A stretch of DNA of 64,000 nucleotides from Rickettsiales bacterium (GTDB taxonomy: Bacteria > Pseudomonadota > Alphaproteobacteria > Rickettsiales > JAIXRX01): contig CBDFGH010000003.1 in the NCBI GenBank assembly GCA_965247145.1, positions 33,085 through 97,084 on the forward strand. Reading direction: 5' to 3'. The position numbers were made by a program, and so were the translations under genes. This document shows positions 46,895-56,582 of the stretch, piece by piece. The notes below the pieces were generated by a model that was not told where the DNA came from, did no database searches, and saw only the letters and a program-made list of their open reading frames with translations. Each line of letters starts with the position of its first letter. The first letter of the stretch is position 1.

Positions 46895-47722
46895 CTAATG
46901 GCCCTGGGTGACGGTGATCGTATTGCCGACCCCGGCTGCCGCCACGTTGGCAGCGGCGGTGCCCGCCTGCGTGATGCTTACGTTGTTGTTGCCGCCCATG
47001 GGCTTGTTCACATCGCCGAGATTGACCATCGCCAGGGAATTATTGGCCAATTTTTGATCGATCAGGACCTTGCTCATCTCGGAAGCGCCTGCATCCAAGC
47101 CGTTGATGCCTTCCCCGCCGATGATGGCCGCCATGTTACCCGTGCCGGCTTGTTCAATCGTCGCATCGATGGTGCCTTGGCTCATCTGAACGCTGCCCAT
47201 GTTATTGGAGCCCTCCTGATTGATGGTGGCATGATTCCCGCTATTGCCCAGTTGTACGACGGCGCTGTTGTCGCTGCCCTTTTGATGGGTGGTGACCACG
47301 TTTCTGTCGCCCTTCAGATTGATCAGCGCGCCTTGGTTGGTACCCGCCTGGGTAACGTTGACCGTGTTGTTGTCGGATGGGCCGGTGTGGAATGCCGGTG
47401 CAGCCACCGCCGAGTTATCGAAGAACAAGCGGCCTGGCTTGGAATTGCCGATCAGCACGGTGGCATTGTTGCTGGTGTTTTGGCCCACTTGTTCAATATG
47501 GACCACGTTCTTGCTGCCATGGGCCGCGACGGTGGCGGTGCCATCCGAAAACCCGGAGTTCTTGTTGTGCAGCAGGCCATTGACGAAGCGCTCCGGTTTT
47601 ACAGGCGTCCAGTCATTCGAAGCATCGCTTAAAGGGTCGCCGGCATTATCCGCCAGGGCACTGCCGCTGAGTATGGTGGAAAAGGCGAGGGCAGACAGGG
47701 CGATTTTGAAAGAGGTTTTCAT
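46895..47722 (-). CDS. secreted curlin-like repeat protein (C4, 275 aa)
   Basis: The signal peptide is MKTSFKIALSALAFSTILSGSALA. Repeats include QAGTNQGALINLKGDRN, QKGSDNSAVVQLGNSGNHATINQEGSNN and EQAGTGNMAAI. Confidence 0.65.
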   Translation of the reverse strand: MKTSFKIALSALAFSTILSGSALADNAGDPLSDASNDWTPVKPERFVNGLLHNKNSGFSDGTATVAAHGSKNVVHIEQVGQNTSNNATVLIGNSKPGRLFFDNSAVAAPAFHTGPSDNNTVNVTQAGTNQGALINLKGDRNVVTTHQKGSDNSAVVQLGNSGNHATINQEGSNNMGSVQMSQGTIDATIEQAGTGNMAAIIGGEGINGLDAGASEMSKVLIDQKLANNSLAMVNLGDVNKPMGGNNNVSITQAGTAAANVAAAGVGNTITVTQGH

Positions 47723-47760
47723 GGGTTGTGCTCCAATATTATTTTTAAGTACGTTTTTTG

Positions 47761-47776
47761 TACCAGTGATCTGGTA
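47761..47776. promoter_or_regulatory. palindrome TACCAG-N4-CTGGTA in the C4 leader
   Basis: It lies 39 nt upstream of the C4 ATG and is homologous to 45541-45554, within a ~100-bp conserved leader. Confidence 0.5.
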
Positions 47777-47781
47777 ATTGA

Positions 47782-47811
47782 GATTTACTTTATTTAAGGA
47801 TATTGGCACAA
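47782..47811 (-). promoter_or_regulatory. sigma70-like promoter of the C4-C3 module
   Basis: The minus strand reads TTGTGC - 18 nt - TAAATC, at the position equivalent to the C2 promoter. Confidence 0.4.
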
Positions 47812-47992
47812 ATGAAGATCACCGTAATATGGGAATTCTTGTTTTAATTCATTGAATTCACACATGACTGTAATGATTCTGCAATATAGCGAACGCCAAA
47901 ATTCAGGCGCTGGTCATATGGTCCATTGTCTGCGCATTCGCTCGCATGGCATTCTGTTTGGGAAATGGACGGGGTGAGAAAAGCGAGCCGAA

Positions 47993-48964
47993 TCAGTTTT
48001 TCCAGCTGAAATTCCACACCAGCGCCAACGCCACCAGCACCAGGCCGCGCGTGAGCCATACCAGCCGCGCCGCCACACGCAGATGATGGGCGGTGGGGCG
48101 GGCACTTGGGCCACCCCACCAGGGATTGGCGGGATTGTGTCGCCGCGGGCCGCCGAGACTGGTCGCCAACGCGGCACCGAAAGTGGCCAGAATCAATTCG
48201 GATCGCAAAGCGTGGCGTATCCATTGGCCCCCCGCGGCGAAGCCCCGTGCTTCCGGCAGCAAAGCCGCCGCCAGCACGATGCATGGCCCACCCAGCAGGG
48301 TGGGAAGACGCGCCAATCCACTCCATACGTTGCGCGCCGAATCGGCAAAACCCGCAGGCTCGCTGGCGGCCCGCCAACGCACGGCCTGCAATGCGAACAA
48401 ACGTACCGCCAGAGCACCCGGCAACCCGGCAATGGCATAGGCCAGCAGGGGGGCGAGAAGATTGGCATTTACCGTTTCGGCCAAAGCTTCGATCATGGCG
48501 CGCACCAAAGCGGGTGTATCGCCCACCAGCGCGTCACGGCGCAAGACATTTGCCACACGCTCGGCAGCCCCTGCCGTGGATTCCTGCAGAACCAAACGGC
48601 GCAAGGTACGGGAAGAAGCGAGCACGGGCGCAGCCGAGAATAGTCGCGCCAAAACGAGGATTTCGAGAAAAATACCGCCACGCACGCAGCCGCCGATCCA
48701 CGTCAGCGCATAACCGGCGGACAGGGCAACGATGAGTAGAAACAACGTCAGCACCGCGCCGCGCATGCGCAAGACGGATTCGGCCCGGTGCGCGCGGTTC
48801 AATTTGTCGCGCAACCACCCGATCATGCGGGCTATCCAGACGCCGGGGGCGGCCCATACACGCAGGAATGGCGCGGCCAAACGCGACAGAAAATCCATTC
48901 CCATTGCCAGCAACAGGGCAAAAAGCAGGGCCAGCAGCAAATCAGGGAGGGGATGGAACGGCAT
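47993..48964 (-). CDS. CobD/CbiB family membrane protein (divergent)
   Basis: 323 aa, polytopic. RRDALVGDTPALVRAMIEALAETVNANLLAPLLAYAIAGLPGALAVRLF resembles the conserved CbiB core (GRDT..AENxSDGVxAPLF..PGA). Confidence 0.5.
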   Translation of the reverse strand: MPFHPLPDLLLALLFALLLAMGMDFLSRLAAPFLRVWAAPGVWIARMIGWLRDKLNRAHRAESVLRMRGAVLTLFLLIVALSAGYALTWIGGCVRGGIFLEILVLARLFSAAPVLASSRTLRRLVLQESTAGAAERVANVLRRDALVGDTPALVRAMIEALAETVNANLLAPLLAYAIAGLPGALAVRLFALQAVRWRAASEPAGFADSARNVWSGLARLPTLLGGPCIVLAAALLPEARGFAAGGQWIRHALRSELILATFGAALATSLGGPRRHNPANPWWGGPSARPTAHHLRVAARLVWLTRGLVLVALALVWNFSWKN

Positions 48965-49110
48965 AAAACATCCCTAGCAGCAGATTGTGACACCCAACAA
49001 GGTTTTTACTTTTAAGCCCACATTTCCGATTCCGCGCTTGTTGCGGCGCAACATGCTCTGTGTTACATTGCACCGCAATATATCCTCCCAGACCGCAAGG
49101 ATCCGTCAGC

Positions 49111-50412
49111 ATGGACGCGACTTCCGCCATTCCCAACAGCTTTTTTCGCCTCCCCTTATGGGAGAATACGGCGCTCTATCATATGCATGAGCTGCAACAC
49201 GCCGCCATGGCGCCAATCAGTTATGCCGCTAAATTAAGCAAAATTTCCTTTCACAGCCCGATGAACCCGCTTTCCTATACGCCCATCGGGCGCGGGGTGG
49301 CGGCGGCGAGTGAATTGGTGGAGCGCATGACCAAGCGCTACGCCAAACCCGAATTCGGCCTGGTGAGCGCCGAGGTGGATGGGAAAACTTACGAGATTGT
49401 CGAAGACATGCTGGATGAGCGTCCCTTCGGTCGCCTGCTGCACTTCCGCAAGGAAGGCATCCGTGCGCATCAACCGCGCCTACTCATCGTCGCGCCGATG
49501 TCGGGGCATTATGCCACGCTGCTGCGCGGCACGGTGGAAGGCCTGCTGCCCTTTGCCGACGTGACGATCACCGACTGGTCGGACGCACGCGGCATTCCCG
49601 CGATGGCAGGCAAATTCGATCTGGACGATTACATCCAATACGTCATCGACTGGATTCGCCTGCAGGGTCCGGAGGTGCATGTGATGGCCGTGTGCCAGCC
49701 CGCGCCGCCGGTGCTAGCCGCCGTCTCCATCATGGCCGCGAACCTTGACCCCTCGGCCCCGCGTTCGATGACGCTGATCGGCGGCCCGATCGATACGCGC
49801 GAAGCGCCCACCGAGGTGAATCGCACGGCCAGCGAACATCCGATGAGCTGGTTCGAGCAGAACGTCATCACCCGCGTACCCGCCAATTATCCCGGTTTCA
49901 TGCGCCGCGTCTATCCCGGCTTCCTGCAGCTCACCGGCTTCATGACGCTGAATCTCGAACGCCATATCGGCGCGCATATCGACCTCTTCCGCCATCTGGT
50001 GCAGGGAGACGGCGACGAGGTGAATGTGCATAAGAAATTCTACAACGAATATCTCTCGGTGATGGACATCCCCGCCGAATTCTATTTGCAGACCATCGAA
50101 ACCGTCTTCCAGCGCAATGCCTTGCCGAAGGGCGAGATGATGTGGCGCGGCATGCGCGTCGACCCTTCGGCCATCACCCGCACCGGGCTGCTGACGCTGG
50201 AAGGCGAGAAGGACGACATCTCCGGCGTGGGCCAGACTTACGCCGCCCACAAGCTCTGCACCGGCCTGAGCGCGGAACAGAAAAAGCACCACCTTCAGGA
50301 AGGCGTCGGCCATTACGGCCTCTTCAACGGCCGCCGCTTCCGCGAACAGATCGTGCCGGTCATCATCGGGTTCATGAAGAAGCAGGATAAGCTGGCTTTG
50401 AGCCACGCTTGA
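49111..50412 (+). CDS. phaZ: intracellular polyhydroxyalkanoate depolymerase
   Basis: Motifs HELQHAAMAP, TKRYAKPEFGL and LLIVAPMSGHYATLLRGTVEGLL match the PhaZ (TIGR01849-type) family. The start is uncertain (ATG at 49111 or a later Met). Confidence 0.8.
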   Translation: MDATSAIPNSFFRLPLWENTALYHMHELQHAAMAPISYAAKLSKISFHSPMNPLSYTPIGRGVAAASELVERMTKRYAKPEFGLVSAEVDGKTYEIVEDMLDERPFGRLLHFRKEGIRAHQPRLLIVAPMSGHYATLLRGTVEGLLPFADVTITDWSDARGIPAMAGKFDLDDYIQYVIDWIRLQGPEVHVMAVCQPAPPVLAAVSIMAANLDPSAPRSMTLIGGPIDTREAPTEVNRTASEHPMSWFEQNVITRVPANYPGFMRRVYPGFLQLTGFMTLNLERHIGAHIDLFRHLVQGDGDEVNVHKKFYNEYLSVMDIPAEFYLQTIETVFQRNALPKGEMMWRGMRVDPSAITRTGLLTLEGEKDDISGVGQTYAAHKLCTGLSAEQKKHHLQEGVGHYGLFNGRRFREQIVPVIIGFMKKQDKLALSHA

Positions 50413-50466
50413 CCCAGCATTTCGCCTGTGACATGCTTGCCTTTCAACTGCTTAGGGGTAAGAAAC

Positions 50467-50958
50467 ATGCGCGTTGAGGATTTCTGGCATATCATTGAAA
50501 AAGCCCGCCTGGAAGTCGATGAAGAAATCGATCGCCAATGCTCAGCGTTGAAATCCTCGCTGCTGCAGCTCGAATCGTCCGACATGCAGGCGTTTGAAAC
50601 CCATTATTATGATGCACTGGACGCGGCCTACCGTCAGGATTTGTGGGCTGCGGCTTATCTGATCAACGATGGCTGCTCGGATGATGGATTCGATTATTTC
50701 CGGGACTGGTTGATCGCCCAGGGCGAAAGCGTCTACCGCGCCGCGTTGCGCAACCCCGACAGCCTTGCCGCCGTCATCACTCCCGGTGAATGCGAAGCGG
50801 ATATGCTACGGCTGATGGTGGTGCGTGCTTACGAAGAAAAGTTTGGTCAAGACATGCCGGTTCGACCCCGCCCGCCGGTGCCGCTGCAGGGCGAGCCGTG
50901 GGATGAGGAAGCGTTGGAAGACATGTTCCCTCAGATTGCCGCCCGCATCGCGGAGTAG
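50467..50958 (+). CDS. DUF4240 domain protein
   Basis: MRVEDFWHIIEKARLE.., LWAAAYLINDGCSDDGFDYFRDWLIAQGE is the DUF4240 signature. Confidence 0.7.
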   Translation: MRVEDFWHIIEKARLEVDEEIDRQCSALKSSLLQLESSDMQAFETHYYDALDAAYRQDLWAAAYLINDGCSDDGFDYFRDWLIAQGESVYRAALRNPDSLAAVITPGECEADMLRLMVVRAYEEKFGQDMPVRPRPPVPLQGEPWDEEALEDMFPQIAARIAE

Positions 50959-50991
50959 CCCCTGATTCCGCCCAATCGCACTAACGGGAAA

Positions 50992-51399
50992 TCAGACTCC
51001 GGTTTCCAGAATGCTGATGCAGATCCGGTTGACCAGGCTCCGGTAGGCGTGCCCCGTATCGCGCACCGCGCATAGATCCATGGCCTTCCGCAGCTGCTCC
51101 GGACGGGCACCGAGCATTTCGTCCAGCGTCGGGGCGGGACGCTGCAGTTTCTGCGCGACCTCGCCCACCGCCGCATGCAATTTCTCGAGCGGATAGAACA
51201 GGCTCAATTTTCCATCCATGTGAGCCTGCTGCAATTCCTGGCCGCTTTGCTGCGCCAGACCTTCGCTGTGCCAATGGTCTACCGCATCCACCCAGTCCCG
51301 GTCCGCATTCAGAATAGATTCCAGCATCTCCGCCGCCTGCGGGGATAACGACGCATGCAGTTGCTGGCGCAGCGCCTCAGCTTCGGGAGAATGCGGCAT
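50992..51399 (-). CDS. hypothetical protein (135 aa)
   Basis: The ORF runs from MPHSPEAEALRQQL. It appears helical. No recognisable family. Confidence 0.4.
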   Translation of the reverse strand: MPHSPEAEALRQQLHASLSPQAAEMLESILNADRDWVDAVDHWHSEGLAQQSGQELQQAHMDGKLSLFYPLEKLHAAVGEVAQKLQRPAPTLDEMLGARPEQLRKAMDLCAVRDTGHAYRSLVNRICISILETGV

Positions 51400-51533
51400 G
51401 GATGTCCTCGGTTTCTCGATCAAACGGCGCTCTTTTACAGGATGGATGTGTCAACGAGATGATTGTGGGGGCCATTGCGCCCGCCCCGTCGAGTGACCTA
51501 TGATAACCATCTTCTCACCCTGCGAGGCGCAGC

Positions 51534-53213
51534 ATGTCCACCACCGTCGGTTCCTTCCTGTTCGATTATCTCTATGAAAAAGGCGCGCGGCATGCGTTTG
51601 GGATTCCGGGGGATTTCGCGTTGCCGACCTTTCGGTGGCTGAACCAGTCCAGGCTCGAACTCATCACCATGACGCACGAACCCAGCGTCGGCTTCGCGGC
51701 AGACGGCTATGCCCGCGCTTCCGGGCGGCTTGGGGTGGCGGCGGTGACCTATTGCGTGGGCGGGCTGAACATGCTCAATTCGGTGGCCTGCGCCTATGCC
51801 GAGAAATCTCCCCTACTGGTCATCTCCGGCGGGCCTTCGCCCTCGGACCGCACCAATGACGGGCTGATCCACCACAAGGTCCGCACCTTCGACACGCAGC
51901 GCCGGATCTTCGAGGAAGTGACCTGCGCGAACGCCGTGCTCTCCGACCCCGAAACGGCGGCGGGCGAGATCATCCGCGTGGTAGAAGCAGTGCTCAGCCA
52001 GTGCCGCCCGGGCTATCTGGAAATCCCCTACGACGTGGTGGATATGCCCATCCGCCTGCCGGAACGCCGCACCAGCCCCGCCCCGACGAGCGACCCGGAA
52101 TTGCTGGAAGCGGCGCTGCGCGAAGCGGCGGAATTCATCAACCGCGCCGAACGCCCCGTCATCATCGCGGATATCGAACTGCACCGCCACGGCTTGACCG
52201 ATCTGGCCCTGCGACTCGCCACCGAGAAAAACATCCCCATCGCCGCCACTTTGCTTTCCAAAAGCATCATCCGCGAATCGCATCCGATGTATATCGGCGT
52301 CACTTCCGGCGGGTTCTCGGAGGAGAAGGTGCAGGATTACATCGAGGGTTCGGATTGCCTGATCCTGCTCGGGGCGTTCATTTCGGATGTGTTTCTGGGC
52401 ATGAATTCCACCAAGCTCGATCGCAAGCAATGCCTGCTCGCCAATACCGAGAAAACCCGCATCGGGCTGCATTCGTATGAGCAGATCGAATTCGGCGAAT
52501 TCATGCATGGTCTGGTTTCCGCCCCCATCGAACGGCGGGCGGAATTCACCAATCCCAACCCCATCGTCGAAACCCTGCCGCTGACCGAAGCCGAACGCCT
52601 GGAGGCGCTGGATGCGGATACCGTCTTCCGGCTGCTGCAGCTGAATATGGGCGAGGACAGCACGCTGATCTGCGATACGGGAGACGCGCTGCTGGGCGCG
52701 ATCGGCCTGCGCACCGGCAAAAGCAACAATTTCCTCTCGGACGCCTATTATCTCTCGATGGGTTTCGCCACCCCCGCCGCCATCGGCGCGATGGCCGCCA
52801 ACCCCGACCGCCGCGCCATCGCCATCATCGGAGACGGCGCCTTCCAGATGACCGGCATCGAGATGTCCACCATGGCAAAGCTTGGCATGAAGCCCGTCAT
52901 CATCCTGCTCAACAATGACGGCTACGGCACCCAGCGCCACATTCTCGACGGCCCCTTCAACGAGATCCACCGCTGGGATTACACCAAGATCACCGAACTG
53001 CTGCGCTACGGCCAATCCGTGCGCGTGGATACCAAAGGCGGTATGGAGCAGGCCCTGCAACACGCGATGGCGACCGACGACCTCATCTTCATCGAAGCCG
53101 TCATCCCCCGCGACGATTGCACCCGGCCCCTGCGCCGCTTGGGCGAACAACTCGCCGCCCAACGCGACCCGAGCAAGCGGGTAAAGGCGGCGGAACTGGC
53201 GGTGGGGGAATGA
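51534..53213 (+). CDS. thiamine-diphosphate-dependent alpha-keto-acid (indolepyruvate/phenylpyruvate) decarboxylase
   Basis: 559 aa. The N-terminus is FGIPGDFALP and the TPP motif is GDGAFQMT...NNDGYG. The layout matches the PDC/IPDC family. Confidence 0.8.
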   Translation: MSTTVGSFLFDYLYEKGARHAFGIPGDFALPTFRWLNQSRLELITMTHEPSVGFAADGYARASGRLGVAAVTYCVGGLNMLNSVACAYAEKSPLLVISGGPSPSDRTNDGLIHHKVRTFDTQRRIFEEVTCANAVLSDPETAAGEIIRVVEAVLSQCRPGYLEIPYDVVDMPIRLPERRTSPAPTSDPELLEAALREAAEFINRAERPVIIADIELHRHGLTDLALRLATEKNIPIAATLLSKSIIRESHPMYIGVTSGGFSEEKVQDYIEGSDCLILLGAFISDVFLGMNSTKLDRKQCLLANTEKTRIGLHSYEQIEFGEFMHGLVSAPIERRAEFTNPNPIVETLPLTEAERLEALDADTVFRLLQLNMGEDSTLICDTGDALLGAIGLRTGKSNNFLSDAYYLSMGFATPAAIGAMAANPDRRAIAIIGDGAFQMTGIEMSTMAKLGMKPVIILLNNDGYGTQRHILDGPFNEIHRWDYTKITELLRYGQSVRVDTKGGMEQALQHAMATDDLIFIEAVIPRDDCTRPLRRLGEQLAAQRDPSKRVKAAELAVGE

Positions 53214-53220
53214 TGTCTTT

Positions 53221-53751
53221 TTAACGAGACCAGCGCGTGAAGGTCGGTTCCGGTGGCTTAGCGGCAGCGAAGGATGCCAAATCCTTGAACCCCAGAGCTT
53301 CGACCATAATTTGGCACTGTTCCATGGAAGGCAGAATCTGCTGCTTCATCATTCGCACCATATGCGGTGGTGTAATCTGCAACTTTTCGCAAAGCACTGC
53401 TTTTTTCTTCCAGTCGATGTTTCGGTTAAGGGCATTGATCAGCCGTTCATAATGCACCGGTGCTTTGCCAGACATTGCTTCCGCTGCCAAAGCCTCATTG
53501 TTTGGCAAGCCTAAGAAGTGCAGCATCTCTTGAAAAGGCTTGTCCCGATGAACCACAGTGTGGTTGTTAAAGAAATTTACAGCTCGCCCAATACTTGGCG
53601 CCAGTTTGGTTAGATCGCTCCCGCGATTGAGCATAACGGCTTGAAGATTGCGGTGGCTATTTTCTCCGTCCGTGAAGGTCGGGTTTACCTGCGGCTTCAT
53701 AGGCTGGACTTTGGTCCCATGCGATTGGAATTGATCCATCCCTACGATCAT
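53221..53751 (-). CDS. hypothetical HTH-like protein (possibly the 3' part of an interrupted gene)
   Basis: 176 aa and AT-richer than its neighbours. It is in the same frame as 53815..54243, separated by a single TAA plus 21 sense codons. Confidence 0.45.
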   Translation of the reverse strand: MIVGMDQFQSHGTKVQPMKPQVNPTFTDGENSHRNLQAVMLNRGSDLTKLAPSIGRAVNFFNNHTVVHRDKPFQEMLHFLGLPNNEALAAEAMSGKAPVHYERLINALNRNIDWKKKAVLCEKLQITPPHMVRMMKQQILPSMEQCQIMVEALGFKDLASFAAAKPPEPTFTRWSR

Positions 53752-53814
53752 CGCCGTCGGATTTGAGAAGCCGAGATACTCCGCGGCTGCCTGACGTTGT
53801 TTGGCATTGGGTAG

Positions 53815-54243
53815 TTATTGTCCGGTAAGCATTCCGTTATATATCGCTGAAGAAATATGCATCGCCTCGCTTAAAGCGCCGGCATAGCACGACGTGGCGG
53901 ATCGCTTGAGGGCCTCTCTAAAATCCTGGTAATGGATTGGATGGATGCCGGTTTCAACTTCGTCGCGAAGCGCATCGAGATCCGCTATCTCCAACTCTGC
54001 TAGATAGCTGAAAAACTTCTTTCGCGACCAAATGACCTCTGGAGAATTAAGGCGAGGCGGACTTATACCGTATGAGGAGGCAAGCTGATGCAGCGAAGTG
54101 CCGCGGCCAGCCGATACTTTTTCAAGGTCGGCCAAGTGCCTTTTAAAATCGGCAATGTTCGCTGCAATCGGTTCACGGGGCCGATCGATGTGCAATGCTT
54201 CTCGTGACATAGCCTTCTTTCTCAGAGGATGATTCTGGATCAA
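53815..54243 (-). CDS. hypothetical HTH-like protein (possibly the 5' part of an interrupted gene)
   Basis: 142 aa. TSLHQLASSYGISPPRLN is HTH-like. It ends at a TAA that is in frame with the next ORF. Confidence 0.45.
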   Translation of the reverse strand: MIQNHPLRKKAMSREALHIDRPREPIAANIADFKRHLADLEKVSAGRGTSLHQLASSYGISPPRLNSPEVIWSRKKFFSYLAELEIADLDALRDEVETGIHPIHYQDFREALKRSATSCYAGALSEAMHISSAIYNGMLTGQ

Positions 54244-54352
54244 TGCATGCTGCTAGCCCAGTTGCGTTACGTTTTCGTGACCACTGCCTCATTGGGCCAA
54301 ACAAAGGATGCCATGTGCCCCCCCCTGCTGCTCACTAAGCGAAAAGGTAGCA

Positions 54353-56464
54353 TCAACGGGCTTTGGGCTTTTGCTTGCAGTAAAACGGCCATCGCTTGAG
54401 GGCCTTGAAGAGCGGGAGCAGGCGTTTGTTGCCGGATTCGCTTAAGTGGTCGTCGTCGAAATACAAAGGCGCGCCGTCTTTTGCGCCATGGCAGAAGGCG
54501 TCGTCGCACAGATAGGGCACGGGGTCGAGGAGATGGGCGCCGCAGCGGGCGGCGGCATGGCGCAGGCCGGCGATGGCCACGGCGTTGCGGGCGCGGTACT
54601 CCGCCAGCGGCAGGGTGACGTCTTCCAGCGGTGTGCCGATCATGGCCTGCCGGGCCATGGTTTTGGGCACGTTGCGGCCCATTTCGGGCACTGGCAGCAG
54701 GGCGTAGGTCGGGCGGGATTGTGCCAGGGCGCAGAGGGTTTCGGTCATCCCCGCTTCGAAGCGGCCAGGCGCATCGTAGCTTTCGGCCGGGCCGAACCAC
54801 CGGCTCAATGCGGATGGCGGCTTGCGCGGATTCTCGTTCTGGCCGTGGATGTACATGGAATGGCGGTTGACGAGGATAACGCCCACTTCGGGCGGCAGCG
54901 CGCGGATCTGCTTCCAGGCCTCGCGGTTGAAGGCGGCGCAGGCGGGGGATCCGGTCGCCTGAGCGTAGGCCGCGTCCAGCAGGCTCGGGCAATCGCTTTC
55001 CTGGTACAGCAGCACGCTTGCGCCGGTGCCTTGCCGAATGGCGCTGACCAGGGCCTGGGCATGGCTGTCGCCCCACACGGCCCAGCGCACGGGCGCATCC
55101 CCACCCAAGCGGCAGGGAAGAAGCGTATCGGCGCGTTTGTCGAACCCGCAGGGGGTGGGGAAGGGGGGCAGGCGGTCGCGCGCCGCGGCATCCAGCCGCC
55201 GCACTTCGGGCGGTACATGGCCGGGCACGCCCTGGGCGGCATAAAGCCCCGCCCCCAGGGCGATGAGCATGGCGGTGCAGGCGCACAAGCCCCATGGGGC
55301 GACACGCGAGCGGCGCATCCATGTCCGTGCGGGCAGTTCGATGCCGCGATAGGAAAGCGCGCCCAACATCAATGCGGCGAGGATCCCGCCCAGGGTCCAT
55401 GCCGGACTCTGGCGGTCGAAATACCCCAGCCCAACGACCAGCGGCCAGTGCCAGAGGTAAATGGAATAGGAAGCGTTTCCGAGCGCCACAGCCGCGCGAT
55501 GGCCGGTGAGTGGGCTTCCCTGCCGCGCGGCGACGAGCACCAGGGCCGCGCCGAGCACGGGAACCAGCGCGCCATAGCCCGGCCAGGCCAGGCCTGCATC
55601 GAAGAAGAAAACCGCGAACAGGATCAGCGCCAGCCCAGCTATTTCGGCCCCGCGCGCCTGAGCGGGCCTCCATACGGGCGCATGCAGACAGACCAAACCG
55701 CCGGCCAGCAATTCCCAGGCGCGGGTGGGTAGCAGATAGAAGGCCTTGGTCGGTGCATGCGCCCCCAGCCACCATGCTGCCGCGAAAGACAGCAGGGCCG
55801 CCAGCAGGACGGCATGCTTGAATCCACGCCCCTCAGGCATGCATCGGCGTGCCAGAAGCGCCAGCAGCAGCGGATACAGCAGGTAAAACTGCCACTCGAC
55901 CGAGAGCGACCAGGTATGCAGCAGCCAATTGCCGTGGCTTGGCGCATCGAAATAACCGTTTTCGCTCATGAAAGCGAAGTTGGAGAGAAAACTCATCGCC
56001 AGGCTTTCGTGCTTGGCCAGCACGCGGTAATCCGTCGGTGGCAGCCAGCACCATCCCCATGCCAGCAACGCCAGACACACCACGCCCAGCGCCGGAAGGA
56101 TGCGGCGACCGCGGGCAAGGTAGAAATCCATCAACGAAAAGCGTTGCGCCGCCAAACCGCGGGTGACGATCCCCGTCATCAGAAAGCCGGAGATGACGAA
56201 GAAAACGTCCACTCCCTCGAAACCGCCCGTGAAACCCGGCACGCCGAAATGAAACAGCAGCACGGCCAACACCGCATAGGCGCGAAGCCCTTGAATATCG
56301 CGGCGCGGAGGAATATCGCGGCGTGGGGACAAAACGGATCCTGCATGACGGGATGGGACGATTCGGCATGCATCCACTAACAAGCCCGCATCCAAGGCGC
56401 CATATGTTTCGCGCCATGCTTTTTGCGCCGGGGCAAGACTTGCCCCAAACACGGGCAAGAGCAT
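54353..56464 (-). CDS. acyltransferase family 3 (OafA/YrhL-type) with C-terminal SGNH domain
   Basis: Motifs include IQGLRAYAVLAVLLFHF. About 10 TM segments are followed by WGDSHAQAL (SGNH block I). The start is taken at MLLPVFGAS because the upstream 203 codons of the listed ORF run into and overlap the sulP gene. Confidence 0.8.
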   Translation of the reverse strand: MLLPVFGASLAPAQKAWRETYGALDAGLLVDACRIVPSRHAGSVLSPRRDIPPRRDIQGLRAYAVLAVLLFHFGVPGFTGGFEGVDVFFVISGFLMTGIVTRGLAAQRFSLMDFYLARGRRILPALGVVCLALLAWGWCWLPPTDYRVLAKHESLAMSFLSNFAFMSENGYFDAPSHGNWLLHTWSLSVEWQFYLLYPLLLALLARRCMPEGRGFKHAVLLAALLSFAAAWWLGAHAPTKAFYLLPTRAWELLAGGLVCLHAPVWRPAQARGAEIAGLALILFAVFFFDAGLAWPGYGALVPVLGAALVLVAARQGSPLTGHRAAVALGNASYSIYLWHWPLVVGLGYFDRQSPAWTLGGILAALMLGALSYRGIELPARTWMRRSRVAPWGLCACTAMLIALGAGLYAAQGVPGHVPPEVRRLDAAARDRLPPFPTPCGFDKRADTLLPCRLGGDAPVRWAVWGDSHAQALVSAIRQGTGASVLLYQESDCPSLLDAAYAQATGSPACAAFNREAWKQIRALPPEVGVILVNRHSMYIHGQNENPRKPPSALSRWFGPAESYDAPGRFEAGMTETLCALAQSRPTYALLPVPEMGRNVPKTMARQAMIGTPLEDVTLPLAEYRARNAVAIAGLRHAAARCGAHLLDPVPYLCDDAFCHGAKDGAPLYFDDDHLSESGNKRLLPLFKALKRWPFYCKQKPKAR

Positions 56465-56582
56465 TGTAAGATGCTCAACTGGAAGCAGATGCACCAAACA
56501 TTGCAAATAATTGAGAATTGGCTGGCTCTGCACTCCAAACGTGGCTAGATTCCGCTCGCTTATCCCCCGATGCGAGAAATGC

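Noticed and set aside
39714-47722. CRISPR-like arrays
   Set aside because: The only short-period DNA repeats are the 7-nt arrays in leuS, which are too short and have no spacers. The curlin genes are periodic at the protein level only. No repeat-spacer architecture exists anywhere in the window.
56292-56327. In-frame 18-nt tandem duplication (GAATATCGCGGCG.. x2, peptide RRDIPP/RRDIQG) at the acyltransferase N-terminus
   Set aside because: It is real but trivial, a small duplication in a non-conserved N-terminal tail.
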